Shown here one piece after another: positions 1 through 9,400 of a DNA stretch of 35,964 bases. This stretch comes from a virus (Duplodnaviria; Caudoviricetes), in IMG/VR virus record IMGVR_UViG_3300016476_000703, positions 1-35,964 of that record, one strand, 5' to 3'. Each line of letters starts with the position of its first letter. Within the stretch, counting starts at the first letter, position 1. The notes beneath the pieces were generated by a model. The model ran no database searches. It was given only the letters and a program-made list of their open reading frames with translations, and was not told where the DNA came from. Made by a program: the position numbers and the translations under genes.

Positions 1-606
1 AATACCAATAGTTCCACTTGCGCTAACTGATACTTGACCTGAACTACCTGGGCTTGGGTTTACTACTACTGTAGTAGTATTTCCATTAAATGTTGTAGTA
101 ACACTTACTGGTTTACCTGGTTTACCAGCAGTAACAACTGGTTGAGGTGCTTGGACTACTTTTTTCTTTTTGTTATTGCTGCCGCCACCATTGTGTACGC
201 GCAAATCATTGGCAACAAGAGCATGTGTTTCATCTACAGTAATATCGTAAACTTTAAACTTTCCGCCACGCACACGACGTACTTGTATATCCTGACGATC
301 ACCTGCAAAGTTCATAACTTGCTTTGTTTCAAAACCAGGACGCCAATCTGCTCCAGGGGTAAAGAACAATTGGTCTTTTGCTACAATAGTTACTTTTCCG
401 TTTGCATGTATTTCAATGCAATCTCTGTGTAAAGTTGAGAATGTATTAACAACTTTACGTGGTTCAAGTTCGCTATTTTCCGCAGATGGATTAAAGCTCA
501 TTATCCAATCGCCTTGCTTTACTTGCTCGATTGGTTTCCATTTTCCATCTGCCATTAGTACTGGTGTACCTTCTGCAAATCCGACTACTTGTGCGTTATG
601 TAACAT
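1..606 (-). CDS. N-terminal Hint-domain protein (C-terminal-cleavage type), 3' end outside window; not in ORF track
   Basis: Hand translation from ATG at 606 (SD-like AAGGGG upstream), open to base 1: MLHNAQVVGFAEGTPVLMADGKWKPIEQVKQGDWIMSF...KVYDITVDETHALVANDLRVHN|GGGSNNKKKKVVQAPQPVVTAGKPGKP... Hint blocks A, F and G are recognisable. Colinear with the 787..2085 protein. Confidence 0.9.
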   Translation of the reverse strand, partial: MLHNAQVVGFAEGTPVLMADGKWKPIEQVKQGDWIMSFNPSAENSELEPRKVVNTFSTLHRDCIEIHANGKVTIVAKDQLFFTPGADWRPGFETKQVMNFAGDRQDIQVRRVRGGKFKVYDITVDETHALVANDLRVHNGGGSNNKKKKVVQAPQPVVTAGKPGKPVSVTTTFNGNTTTVVVNPSPGSSGQVSVSASGTIGI

Positions 607-616
607 TTCTTTCCCC

Positions 617-787
617 TTATTTCATTTTTAATACCATACTTAAGCCACCTTGGCCAACTATGGGTTTATGTATCCTCAAATCTTGTGCCTTTACAGTGTG
701 CGGATTAACTTTAGCACCGCTTGTGCCATTAGCTTTTCCGCCCCCTGAACTAGGCTTACGTTTAATATTTATTATTTCAATGCTCAT
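617..787 (-). CDS. 56-aa basic peptide resembling a degenerate Hint C-terminal fragment; not in ORF track
   Basis: ATG overlaps the upstream stop (TAATG at 785-789) and the ORF fills the gap between the two Hint genes. MSIEIINIKRKPSSGGGKANGTSGAKVNPHTVKAQDLRIHKPIVGQGGLSMVLKMK. Confidence 0.7.
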   Translation of the reverse strand: MSIEIINIKRKPSSGGGKANGTSGAKVNPHTVKAQDLRIHKPIVGQGGLSMVLKMK

Positions 788-2085
788 TATAACTTTCCAC
801 TTGGTTTATCACCTTTAGGATTACTTCCAGAAACTCCTCCTGAATATCCACCACCTTGAATAGTGCCGCCTTGACCTTTATTTGATGCACCCGGACTTGT
901 GCTTGTAGCTTTTAGCCCGCCGCCGCCAGTTCCCCTTGGACTACCACCAGGAGTTTTGCTGTTACTATTAGATGATCTTGATGGACCAGCTGGTTCATTT
1001 CTACTGCTGCCGCCGCGACCTTTATCACTGCCAAAATCATTTCTAGATCCACCTTCTTGGCGTTGACTACCATTATAAGAAGTTGCTTTTGCAGTACCTG
1101 CTGTATTAATTGCTCTTGAAGTTGGTCTTTTTTTCTTCGATAAAGTAGGTTTCTTTTCTTCTGGTGGAGTTGTATAAAGAGAAACTACACGATTTATTTT
1201 AACTATGCTTAAATCAATTAAATCTAATAAAGCAAGTGCTATGCTTTTACCAGCGGCACTAACTACTACCTGTTCGAATGGTTTTCTAACTGCAACAGCA
1301 GATGCAAAAATATCTTGATTAATACTAATTACATCTGCTTTATCGTAAGATGACATTATAGAATATGTAGCTGCTACGTTTATTGCGGCTATATAATTAT
1401 ATAAATTATCTATGCTAGTTTGCAGTGTTGATTTAATTTGAGTTAATTCAGCTGGGGTTGATTTATCAACTACCTCGGTTAAGAAATCTGTAACAACTTT
1501 AATGCTTTCAACTGTATTTGCAATAGTTGCAACTTCATCTATTTTAGGTTCAGCAACATAATTTCTATTTCTTTTTTTCTTTTTATTAGTACCTTGTGTT
1601 TGGATTTCGCTTTCATCGTAATCATCAGTAGTTACTTTTCTAGTTGCACCTGCACGCTTTTTCTTTTTATTGTGTACACGTATTCCGTTTGCAATTAAAC
1701 TATGATTATCTTCAACAATAATGTCAAATACTTGGAACTTTCCTCTTTTTATTTGCTCAACCCCAAATGATACAACTTGTCCAGATTCATCTATTAATTC
1801 GTTGGTATCAACAGCTTCTTGCCAATCTGATTTAGAATCAATAAACAACTGCCCTGGTGCTACAACTAGCTCAGTATTCTTAGTGGTTATCTTAAGTAAG
1901 TTTCTATCAACGTGCATAAATGTGTTTAAAACTTTTTTAGGTTCTAACAAACCAAACGCATCAAATTGATCAAAGCTTAAAACTGTGTCACCGGATTTTA
2001 TATTTTCAATCTCTTTTTCGGTACCATCTGCCATTAATACTTTAGTACCGCGACCAAATCCCATTATTTGAGCATTTATTTTCAT
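787..2085 (-). CDS. N-terminal Hint-domain protein with helical middle and Gly/Ser/Lys-rich low-complexity tail
   Basis: GFGRGTKVLMADGTEKEIENIKSGDTVLSF (block A-like) ... VFDIIVEDNHSLIANGIRVHN (blocks F/G) ending at N139, followed by KKKKR. Confidence 0.9.
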   Translation of the reverse strand: MKINAQIMGFGRGTKVLMADGTEKEIENIKSGDTVLSFDQFDAFGLLEPKKVLNTFMHVDRNLLKITTKNTELVVAPGQLFIDSKSDWQEAVDTNELIDESGQVVSFGVEQIKRGKFQVFDIIVEDNHSLIANGIRVHNKKKKRAGATRKVTTDDYDESEIQTQGTNKKKKRNRNYVAEPKIDEVATIANTVESIKVVTDFLTEVVDKSTPAELTQIKSTLQTSIDNLYNYIAAINVAATYSIMSSYDKADVISINQDIFASAVAVRKPFEQVVVSAAGKSIALALLDLIDLSIVKINRVVSLYTTPPEEKKPTLSKKKRPTSRAINTAGTAKATSYNGSQRQEGGSRNDFGSDKGRGGSSRNEPAGPSRSSNSNSKTPGGSPRGTGGGGLKATSTSPGASNKGQGGTIQGGGYSGGVSGSNPKGDKPSGKL

Positions 2086-2088
2086 TGA

Positions 2089-2655
2089 TTATTTCCCTTT
2101 GCGTCCACTTATTGGGCTATTCTTACCTTGGGGAAGATCATTAGTGCTTTGACTTTTTGACGAATTACCGCCAGCAATTTTAAATACAGGTTTACGCTTT
2201 TGATCTTTCAAAAACTTTTGCACAAACTTATCACCAGCTGGTAGATTTTTCTCGCTCTTTGGGTATGGTGCAGTTAGTTGTACTTCGTATTCTTCTTTAG
2301 CTTCTTCAGCTTTTTCTTCCATCTCAATTTGATTTGGATCATCGCTATTGAATACTTTAATGTATTCTGGGTTTAATGTGCAATACTCCGCCATTCTAGC
2401 AATAATTTCTTGTGGTGTAGCGGGATAATCCAGTGTCATGTCCATAATACTAACTTCAATTTCTTTTAAGTTAGTAAAATCTACTGGGTGCTTTTGTATT
2501 GGTGTTACTTTTGGTTTATTAATGCTCTGTAATCCCCATTTTTCCATAGCTGCTTCAAGGCGATCAACTTGCTCATCACTTAATGTGCCTGCTACTTTGA
2601 TGCGGAAATTATATTGTTTTGTGGATTCAGTTAAGAATTCAGTAAAGCTCTTCAT
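2089..2655 (-). CDS. hypothetical phage protein (late, possibly virion-associated)
   Basis: 188-aa ORF with SD GAGG and a GCTAAATA late-promoter-like box upstream. MKSFTEFLTE start is typical of T4-like head-associated proteins. Confidence 0.6.
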   Translation of the reverse strand: MKSFTEFLTESTKQYNFRIKVAGTLSDEQVDRLEAAMEKWGLQSINKPKVTPIQKHPVDFTNLKEIEVSIMDMTLDYPATPQEIIARMAEYCTLNPEYIKVFNSDDPNQIEMEEKAEEAKEEYEVQLTAPYPKSEKNLPAGDKFVQKFLKDQKRKPVFKIAGGNSSKSQSTNDLPQGKNSPISGRKGK

Positions 2656-2678
2656 TGCTAAGATACCTCTCGATTACG

Positions 2679-2686
2679 TATTTAGC
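2679..2686 (-). promoter_or_regulatory. T4-type late promoter variant (GCTAAATA)
   Basis: TAAATA core in the short gap upstream of 2655; same variant at 9760-9767. Confidence 0.5.
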
Positions 2687-2694
2687 AATTTTTA

Positions 2695-3180
2695 CTATAT
2701 GATGCTTTGATTAAATCGCGTTTTTCCGTTAGGGTAATTGCGTTTATAACGTATAATTTTACCCTTATGACCTAATTTAGTTAAGTGGTCTTCTAGCTTA
2801 GTTGTTGCTGCTCTTCCGTGTCCCCAAGGACTTAATGCATCAATAATCCAAATGCTGTTTCCGCAGTTCCATTCATCTAACTTAATTTTTTGATTTAATG
2901 TCAACCAAGATTTTTCAACTTCTTTGTTTAAAAATGCATAGCTAATAAATGCTTTTAACTCATTATTTTCATAAATGTGAATTTGTTGATCTAATACAAT
3001 AGGATAAGCAAAGAAATGTTCAATCATATCTATATCATAATGATTGTAATTATTTTTGCATGATTTTAAAATTGATACAACATCGTGCAATAGTTTAGAA
3101 TGATGAACATTTAGTTTATGTTTTTTAGATAAAATAGGAACAAAGCTAAGTTGAGTTTTTTTATTATTAATAGGAAGCAT
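2695..3180 (-). CDS. RTX toxin-activating lysine acyltransferase-like protein (HlyC/TAAT family)
   Basis: PIVLDQ..IY....KAFISYAFLNKEVEKSWL.....LDEWNCGNSIWIIDALSPWGH...IRYKR matches the HlyC/CyaC pattern (P.I..Q; F.SWA.L..E.E..Y; DW.SG.R.W.ID.IAPFG; C-terminal Arg). The N-terminal SPLH motif is divergent (SCKNNY). ATG overlaps the upstream TAA. Confidence 0.8.
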   Translation of the reverse strand: MLPINNKKTQLSFVPILSKKHKLNVHHSKLLHDVVSILKSCKNNYNHYDIDMIEHFFAYPIVLDQQIHIYENNELKAFISYAFLNKEVEKSWLTLNQKIKLDEWNCGNSIWIIDALSPWGHGRAATTKLEDHLTKLGHKGKIIRYKRNYPNGKTRFNQSII

Positions 3181-3635
3181 TAATTACCTTTAATAATTTT
3201 TAACAACTCATTTCTATCTAAAATTCTACCAGTTCCTTCAATATCGCTTTCTTCTTCTTTATTGCCTGTATCTTGTGCGATTTGATGTTCAAGTCTACGC
3301 TTTTTAAGTTCGTAATCTAATAGCTTTAATTTTTTATCTATCTTACTTGATTTAGCAGTAACAGCATGACCCATCAATTTTGTAGCTGCTTCAAATATTG
3401 GTGCGGCTGCTCGTGCATCAACGTTCATACCTAGATCCATCAAATCCCTAAATGTTTCCATTGCTTTATCTGCAATGTCATCCATCTCTTTATCACTTGA
3501 TGTTAAATCAACAACACTTTTCATTTTGTCGTCAATTTCTTCTATTTCTTTTAAAGTTTCAACGAGTTCAGCCTGTGAAATTTCTTCTGTATCTGTTGAG
3601 GGTAAATTAAAAAAGTTTTCTAAATTCTTAGTCAT
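3180..3635 (-). CDS. putative terminase small subunit (gp16-like helical protein)
   Basis: Size, acidic N-terminus, helical hairpin core (DDIADKAMETFRDLMDLG..ARAAAPIFEAATKLM), coiled coil and short C-terminal strand/helix; adjacent to gp4. Assignment is by resemblance only. Confidence 0.45.
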   Translation of the reverse strand: MTKNLENFFNLPSTDTEEISQAELVETLKEIEEIDDKMKSVVDLTSSDKEMDDIADKAMETFRDLMDLGMNVDARAAAPIFEAATKLMGHAVTAKSSKIDKKLKLLDYELKKRRLEHQIAQDTGNKEEESDIEGTGRILDRNELLKIIKGN

Positions 3636-3643
3636 GTAGTTAC

Positions 3644-4099
3644 TTAGCGGCGTTTAGTGGAACCTTTAGTATTTTTAAATATATCTGATTCAGATATAAC
3701 TTTAAATGTAATACCTACTCTCTTTGCCCATGCATTAGCTGCTTGCCATTTTGCCATATTAACTGCAACCGCAGCAACATTTTGTTTATTTTTACCAGCT
3801 GATTCCAAAGTAGTTTGACTACTAGGTTTTATCTCAATTAATTCTGTTCTTTGATTTCCATCTTTGTCTTGGTAAACAACTAAAAAATCTGGAACATAAA
3901 CACTTTGTTTCCCTGTTAAAGGATTACGATATGGTATTTTAATCGCTTCGTTTGCCCAATTGATTATATTTGGATGATTATCACAAAATTGCATAAAGGC
4001 AAACTCCCAACTTGAACGATAAGTAGGTGTATTAGTTCCTACATATTTTTGAGGGTTCTTAATTGTAAACTTACCTTGTAACCACTTTTTGTTAGCCAT
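3644..4099 (-). CDS. gp4: head completion nuclease (T4 gp4-like, TnsA-type PD-(D/E)XK)
   Basis: QGKF..KNPQKYVG, YRSSWE, YVPDF, LIEIKP, VNMAKWQAA motifs. Confidence 0.9.
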   Translation of the reverse strand: MANKKWLQGKFTIKNPQKYVGTNTPTYRSSWEFAFMQFCDNHPNIINWANEAIKIPYRNPLTGKQSVYVPDFLVVYQDKDGNQRTELIEIKPSSQTTLESAGKNKQNVAAVAVNMAKWQAANAWAKRVGITFKVISESDIFKNTKGSTKRR

Positions 4100-4461
4100 T
4101 ATTTTCCAATATTCCTAAGGACATTTGGGTTCGTTTGCGGAGTAACACTATAACCTAATTTACTCGTAGGTTGCCTATCGCTATTAAGCAATGTTAGTAA
4201 TGCCGCTTTAAATGTATCGTTCTCTTTATAACGTTTAAATTCTTCAATGAATTCGATTGGATCAACACCTTGATTTTGAGCAATTGTCATTACGCTCGCA
4301 GTTAGTGCTTCTGCTGCTATTCTATTACCACTCGTTTTTTTTAAAAAGAATGTTAGCACAGCATCATACTGTTGACCAGTTACTGGTAAATTTGTTTGAT
4401 AATAGCTCGATAGATAAGAATTAGAATTGTAAACCTCATTTCTTTTTGGCAAATTAGACAT
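4099..4461 (-). CDS. hypothetical protein
   Basis: 120-aa ORF overlapping both neighbours within the late operon. Confidence 0.6.
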   Translation of the reverse strand: MSNLPKRNEVYNSNSYLSSYYQTNLPVTGQQYDAVLTFFLKKTSGNRIAAEALTASVMTIAQNQGVDPIEFIEEFKRYKENDTFKAALLTLLNSDRQPTSKLGYSVTPQTNPNVLRNIGK

Positions 4462-5704
4462 ATGGAGGCAACCTTGTTCTATTATCTGTTGTTGGCAACG
4501 GAGGATATGCTTGTAGGAATTTTTGTTGTTCTGATGGACTTAAACCTGCAGGAACAATCGCATTAACAATTAATTTTGATGTTTCCTCCATCATCATATT
4601 ATTGAAACCATTAGAACTTGGTGCTGCTGTACTAACTTGAACACCATTGCTTATTACAAATCCTGCTGTAGCTATTCTTCCTTGATTAGCAAATCTTTTT
4701 GCACCTGTTAAATCAACTAAACTTGATACATTGTTAATTTCTTTTGCAGTTGGAAAACTAAATCTTCTCAAATTTTGAACACTATTAGCTGCTACTGCTT
4801 TTACGGCATTTATTTGATCTGGACTAATTCTTACAGGTAAGGTTTTAATTTCATTTTGATATGGTTGTATGCTTGGTTGACTCGAAGTCTTTACTATAGC
4901 TTTTTCAATTTGTTCTATAACTTCACTTGAAGTCGAAGCTTGCATTGGCCTTAATCTGCTTTTTTCTTTATCGTAATAATTGCTATCTTTACCAAACCCT
5001 GGAATTTCCTCAGTATTACCTTCATAGTAAAGCACAGTTTCGTAATCTAAACGAATCTGTGTTTCCATTGTTTTAGCACCTTCACTATAATTGTAATTGT
5101 CAAAATCAAAACTAGTAATTAGGGGATTAATCAAACTATATTTTGTATACTTGTGATTTCCCATACTATAAATATCAACACTTTTAATAAGCTTTACTGT
5201 TTGATTATTATCTAACCCGTATCTATTAAAAGGACGATTTTCTAAATATGTATCATCTAATGCCCAAGCTTCTGGTGTTACACCTGCATCAGCAAAGTAA
5301 TATGTATTATATGCTAACCACATATCACGTATAACATTTTTCATATCATCGTGGAATGTTAATGTTACTGATTCATACTTTAATTTTTTAGGAACAACTT
5401 CTTTTTTATTGTATTTGTTTAATTCTTCAAACTCTATATTAAATTTTGGTAAATCTGCGCTCTTACATAATACTGATATTGTCTTGCTTCTATCACCATT
5501 TTGACTTTGTGCTGGTTGATTAAAAACAAATCTAACATGAAACAGGAATCCAAATTTTGGAACCATTGCATAACCATCTTCTCCTAAGAAGGTGTATGCT
5601 GCATGTTTATAGTCTTTTAACTGAAAAATATCTGCATTGCCGCCGTTTGGATTACTAGCGGTGCTTGGTCTTGGTCTGGGTACTGGTATTGGATTTTTGG
5701 CCAA
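4454..5704 (-). CDS. tail-tube-fold baseplate/tube initiator protein (gp19/gp48/gp54-like) with C-terminal extension
   Basis: PKFGFLFHVRF ... LCKSADLPKF.IE.EELNKYN ... YESVTLTFHDD ... PLITSFDFDNYNYSE ... IRLDYE parallels the neighbouring tube protein. TTG start. Confidence 0.7.
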   Translation of the reverse strand: MAKNPIPVPRPRPSTASNPNGGNADIFQLKDYKHAAYTFLGEDGYAMVPKFGFLFHVRFVFNQPAQSQNGDRSKTISVLCKSADLPKFNIEFEELNKYNKKEVVPKKLKYESVTLTFHDDMKNVIRDMWLAYNTYYFADAGVTPEAWALDDTYLENRPFNRYGLDNNQTVKLIKSVDIYSMGNHKYTKYSLINPLITSFDFDNYNYSEGAKTMETQIRLDYETVLYYEGNTEEIPGFGKDSNYYDKEKSRLRPMQASTSSEVIEQIEKAIVKTSSQPSIQPYQNEIKTLPVRISPDQINAVKAVAANSVQNLRRFSFPTAKEINNVSSLVDLTGAKRFANQGRIATAGFVISNGVQVSTAAPSSNGFNNMMMEETSKLIVNAIVPAGLSPSEQQKFLQAYPPLPTTDNRTRLPPYV

Positions 5705-5728
5705 CGCAAATTCCTAAAGTTACTATTA

Positions 5729-5736
5729 TATTTATA
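5729..5736 (-). promoter_or_regulatory. T4-type late promoter TATAAATA
   Basis: Exact TATAAATA on the minus strand about 25 nt upstream of 5704. Confidence 0.75.
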
Positions 5737-5742
5737 GTCAAT

Positions 5743-5776
5743 AAAAAAGCCCAGCTTTTGAAGCTGAGCTTTTTTT
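5743..5776. terminator. intrinsic terminator (potentially bidirectional) after the tail tube gene
   Basis: AAAAAAGC-C-CAGCTT-TTG-AAGCTG-A-GCTTTTTT: hairpin flanked by A and T runs. Confidence 0.8.
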
Positions 5777-5793
5777 GGAGATATAACGTAATA

Positions 5794-6411
5794 TTAACCT
5801 GTAGCAGTAGTACCTTGTACTCTTTCGATTGCAGCACCAACACCTGTACCCTGTGGTGTCTGCAATGCGTTATCATACTTAATATTCATACTGATTTCAA
5901 CTGCATTGCTTTCGCTGTAGTTAAGATCATTGTAGTTTACACTTGTTAAGTAGCAACCGTATAGTTCCCATGTCTCAAGTACAATTGGAGTATCTGCACC
6001 GTTGCCGCCATCAAGCATTTCAATCTTAGTAGTGAACTTATAAACAATGCCAGCCTGTGCTGAACTTTGTTCAAAGAAATCAAACTGGCGTTGCAATTGC
6101 TCACCAATCATTCTAGAAACAGTGCCAAGTGCATCATCTCTAACAACGATTGCAATATCGCTCCAGCTTGGTTTACCAGCAAGTTTTATCTTGCTGTTGT
6201 AAACATCCAAAGTAACTTCTTCAAATGTTACTTCTGGTCTTGCTGCACTTACAACTTGCTTTGTAAGTTCTGTTCTTTCAGCGGTTACACCAAAATTTTC
6301 AAATATTACTCTAAAGCGATACTTGAGCTTTGGCATTAACAGACCTTGGCTTTGTGCGCTTTGATCGCTAGCCAATGGTACTGTAAATCTTGTTAAGCTT
6401 GCTACGGCCAT
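5794..6411 (-). CDS. gp19: tail tube protein
   Basis: PKLKYRFRV, ARPEVTFEE, KLAGKPSWSDI....RDD, WELYGCY...VNY.DLNY, I.YDNA; directly downstream of the sheath gene. Confidence 0.9.
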   Translation of the reverse strand: MAVASLTRFTVPLASDQSAQSQGLLMPKLKYRFRVIFENFGVTAERTELTKQVVSAARPEVTFEEVTLDVYNSKIKLAGKPSWSDIAIVVRDDALGTVSRMIGEQLQRQFDFFEQSSAQAGIVYKFTTKIEMLDGGNGADTPIVLETWELYGCYLTSVNYNDLNYSESNAVEISMNIKYDNALQTPQGTGVGAAIERVQGTTATG

Positions 6412-6432
6412 TGTTATCTCCTGTTACCTAAA

Positions 6433-6440
6433 TATTTATA
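6433..6440 (-). promoter_or_regulatory. T4-type late promoter TATAAATA
   Basis: Exact match between the sheath and tube genes. Confidence 0.75.
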
Positions 6441-6453
6441 CATTTAACTTACC

Positions 6454-9400
6454 TTATACCGGTCTGCTTGTAGCAACGCTGCCGCTAGCAATTTCGCCTG
6501 TGTTCTTAATACGAATTGGTATGTAGATAAATTCAATTGCCTTAACAGGTTCAATTGCAATATCAATATACAATTCGTTACGATCAATTCTATCTGGAGT
6601 ATTGTTTGATTCATCGCAAACTACTAGATAATCGTATAGTGCTCTCTTTGAAAGATAATCATTCATTACCTTTTCAACTACACCCTTAACTTCATCTCTA
6701 GTAATCTTGTCGTTTGGTTCAAATAAGAACTGCTTTACAGCTCTGTCTAAAACTGTTCTCATGTGTACAATCAAACGAGCAACGTTAATACGATCCAATG
6801 CAGAGAAACCACTTGAACGTGTTTTTTGTCCGTCTGCAATTATACCAGATACTGGAGTAAATGTTAGTGGGTTAACGTTATTCTCATAAAGTATATCACG
6901 TATACCTTGACGTACGCCTACACTTACAAACTCACCTTCGTCGTTTAAGTAACCTAAACGAGTTACGTTATCAAGTACACCACGGCGTATACCTGCTGGA
7001 GCAAACCATGGGAAAGCAGCTTGGTCACTGCGTATAATCATACGCAATACTGCAAAGCTTGGTGGCATTGCAACTTGATTACCTGCTAAGTCAGAACCTA
7101 ATACGCTTGGATACCAAACACCCAAATATGGATCTCTAGTAACAAGTGAATTTTCAGTTTCAACACCTTCTAAGTTAGCGTTCTGCAACCAACGTGTAAG
7201 TGTAGTACCTTCAGTTGGGATACGGAATGGACTGTCACCTACAACGAAAGCTGTTTGCTTACGATCATTGTTTAGCTGTACCATGTTTGGAATTAGTTCT
7301 GGATACCCAGGAGCAGCAATTAAGTTAAACTCGCGCATTTCTTCACGTATTTCAGTGTTAGTATCAATTGCGCTACGCATTGCTTGTACAACTACATTAC
7401 GTTGAGCCTTACGACCAAAATAAGCATGTCCATTTTCTCTGCTACCACTAATGCTTACCCATTGATTAGTTTCTGTTGGGAGAACTTCACCTGGGAAATC
7501 TTCAGCATTGTAGTAATTGCGGCGGAACTCTTTTACGTTAAAGCTAGAACGTCTAGTGTTGAATAGTAACATGCCACGTGGATAAAGTAGTGGATCTGGA
7601 GCATCTAGATCAACATAGTTATTATTAAGCATTTCTCTAATTTCTGGAATTACGTCATTTACAACGTCACTAGTTGTGTCGCCCATAAAGCGTGCATCAG
7701 CAAATAGAATACCATTTTCACTAGTTTGATCGGTATTATCTATTTCTACCCACTTCTGTTCACCGTTTACAATGCTCCAACGATAAAGCTTTGGATATGT
7801 TTCAAGATCACTTGTATCAATCCATAAATCACCGTATTCTAGTTTTGAACCATCGCTTTGTGCTGTTGGTTCAGTTACAGAGAATATTGGACCAAGTGGA
7901 TCAGTATTAGTTAAGTTAAATCCACGAGCATCAATGCTTACGTTTCTATAACCTTTCCAAGTGCTACCATCGTGAACCATAATATCTGCTTCACCAACTT
8001 CACCCCAATACCACTTTGTCTTGTCTGCAGGATCACGACCTGGAGCAGTTACACTTGCTGTGTACTCTTCTGCTACCCAGTTACTTACTATGATTGCAGG
8101 AGTTTGATCTTCAAATACTAGTGAACCTTCGCTTGTTACGTTGTCAGCTGCTCTGCAGAAATCACTTGTTTCTGTTATACCAACATCATCTAGTGGATTA
8201 CCTGTTACGTTAGCAAGTACTAATACACCACCAGCAGTGTGTATTAAGGATACGCTACCATCAGCATTAACTTGAGCACTTACGTAATCAAGTCCTGCAG
8301 CTAGAACATCTTCAACAAAATCCTCTGCTGTTTCACCTGTCATTGTAACAGTAACAGCAGCAGTTAAGTTCTCACTATTTGGAACACTATATGATATAGC
8401 AAAAGAATCGTTAATGGTTAGTGTTGGATTAGTTTCGTTACCTGTTACGATAGTTGCACCTTGTCTTGCACGTACAAATAACTTGTAAGTCACATATCCT
8501 TGGCCAGTTACGTCATACTGTACATATACAGTTCCTACTGGAATACCTGAACCACCACGTAGTGGATCAAAATACTTGTTAGCTGCCCAATCAGTCTTTT
8601 CTAATTGAACTGGAAGAAGCTGCCAAGTTTCAGTTAATGCATTATAACGCTTTACAGCAATGCTAGCACCAAAATTTGGAGCTGTAGTCTTTACCCATAC
8701 AGAACCTGTTGGACGTGGAGTTGTGTCATTTGCTTTCCACTGAGGAACTTGTGTGTGCTTGCTTAATTGTACAGTTGGTATAGCATATGTACCAGCAGCA
8801 ATTCCTAGAGCTTCTAATGTTTCGCCGCTGTCGTTAGCTATTTCAACTATACCATCTAATGTGCTACCATCGCTTGAAGCTTGACTAGTTGCAAATATGA
8901 AAAGCTTTCCGCCTACTTTTTGAGCACGTACACCTTGTATAGCTGCACCGTTAATATCAGAAACTACAGAATCAATAGTATCATCAGTTAATGTTATTAT
9001 TTCACCGTTAATAACAATGGTATCACCAGTTACTAAATTAGTTGGACTTGAAATTGTACCAGCAACTGTTGGGATTAAATCTCTCCAATCATCACTACCG
9101 ACTAGTGCCCAAACTAAAGCACCGTTGCCATCCTTGCCCTTATAAAATACTGGATTAGCATCATTTGTAGTAACAACTGCATAATCACCAATATTACCAA
9201 TAGTATTTTTTGGAGCACCGCCACTTAAATCATCTGTATTAGTAATAACAATTGGAACTATTGTATCAAAGAATTGATCAGTTGTATCCCACTGGAATAG
9301 TCCCCAACGTGTTGGAGTTAAATCTAACCAGTATGTCATATCTGCCGGGGCTGCAAGTGGTCTATCACCTAAGCTTGCTAGTTCAGCAAGATCAACGTCT

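Noticed and set aside
142-818. Three + strand ORFs from the track (142..432, 416..631, 531..818)
   Set aside because: Antisense to the Hint gene and the 56-aa ORF; no recognisable motifs.
190-2085. Classical protein-splicing inteins or homing elements
   Set aside because: No Cys/Ser at position 1, no block B His, no +1 nucleophile, no endonuclease domain and only 8 residues of N-terminal flank.
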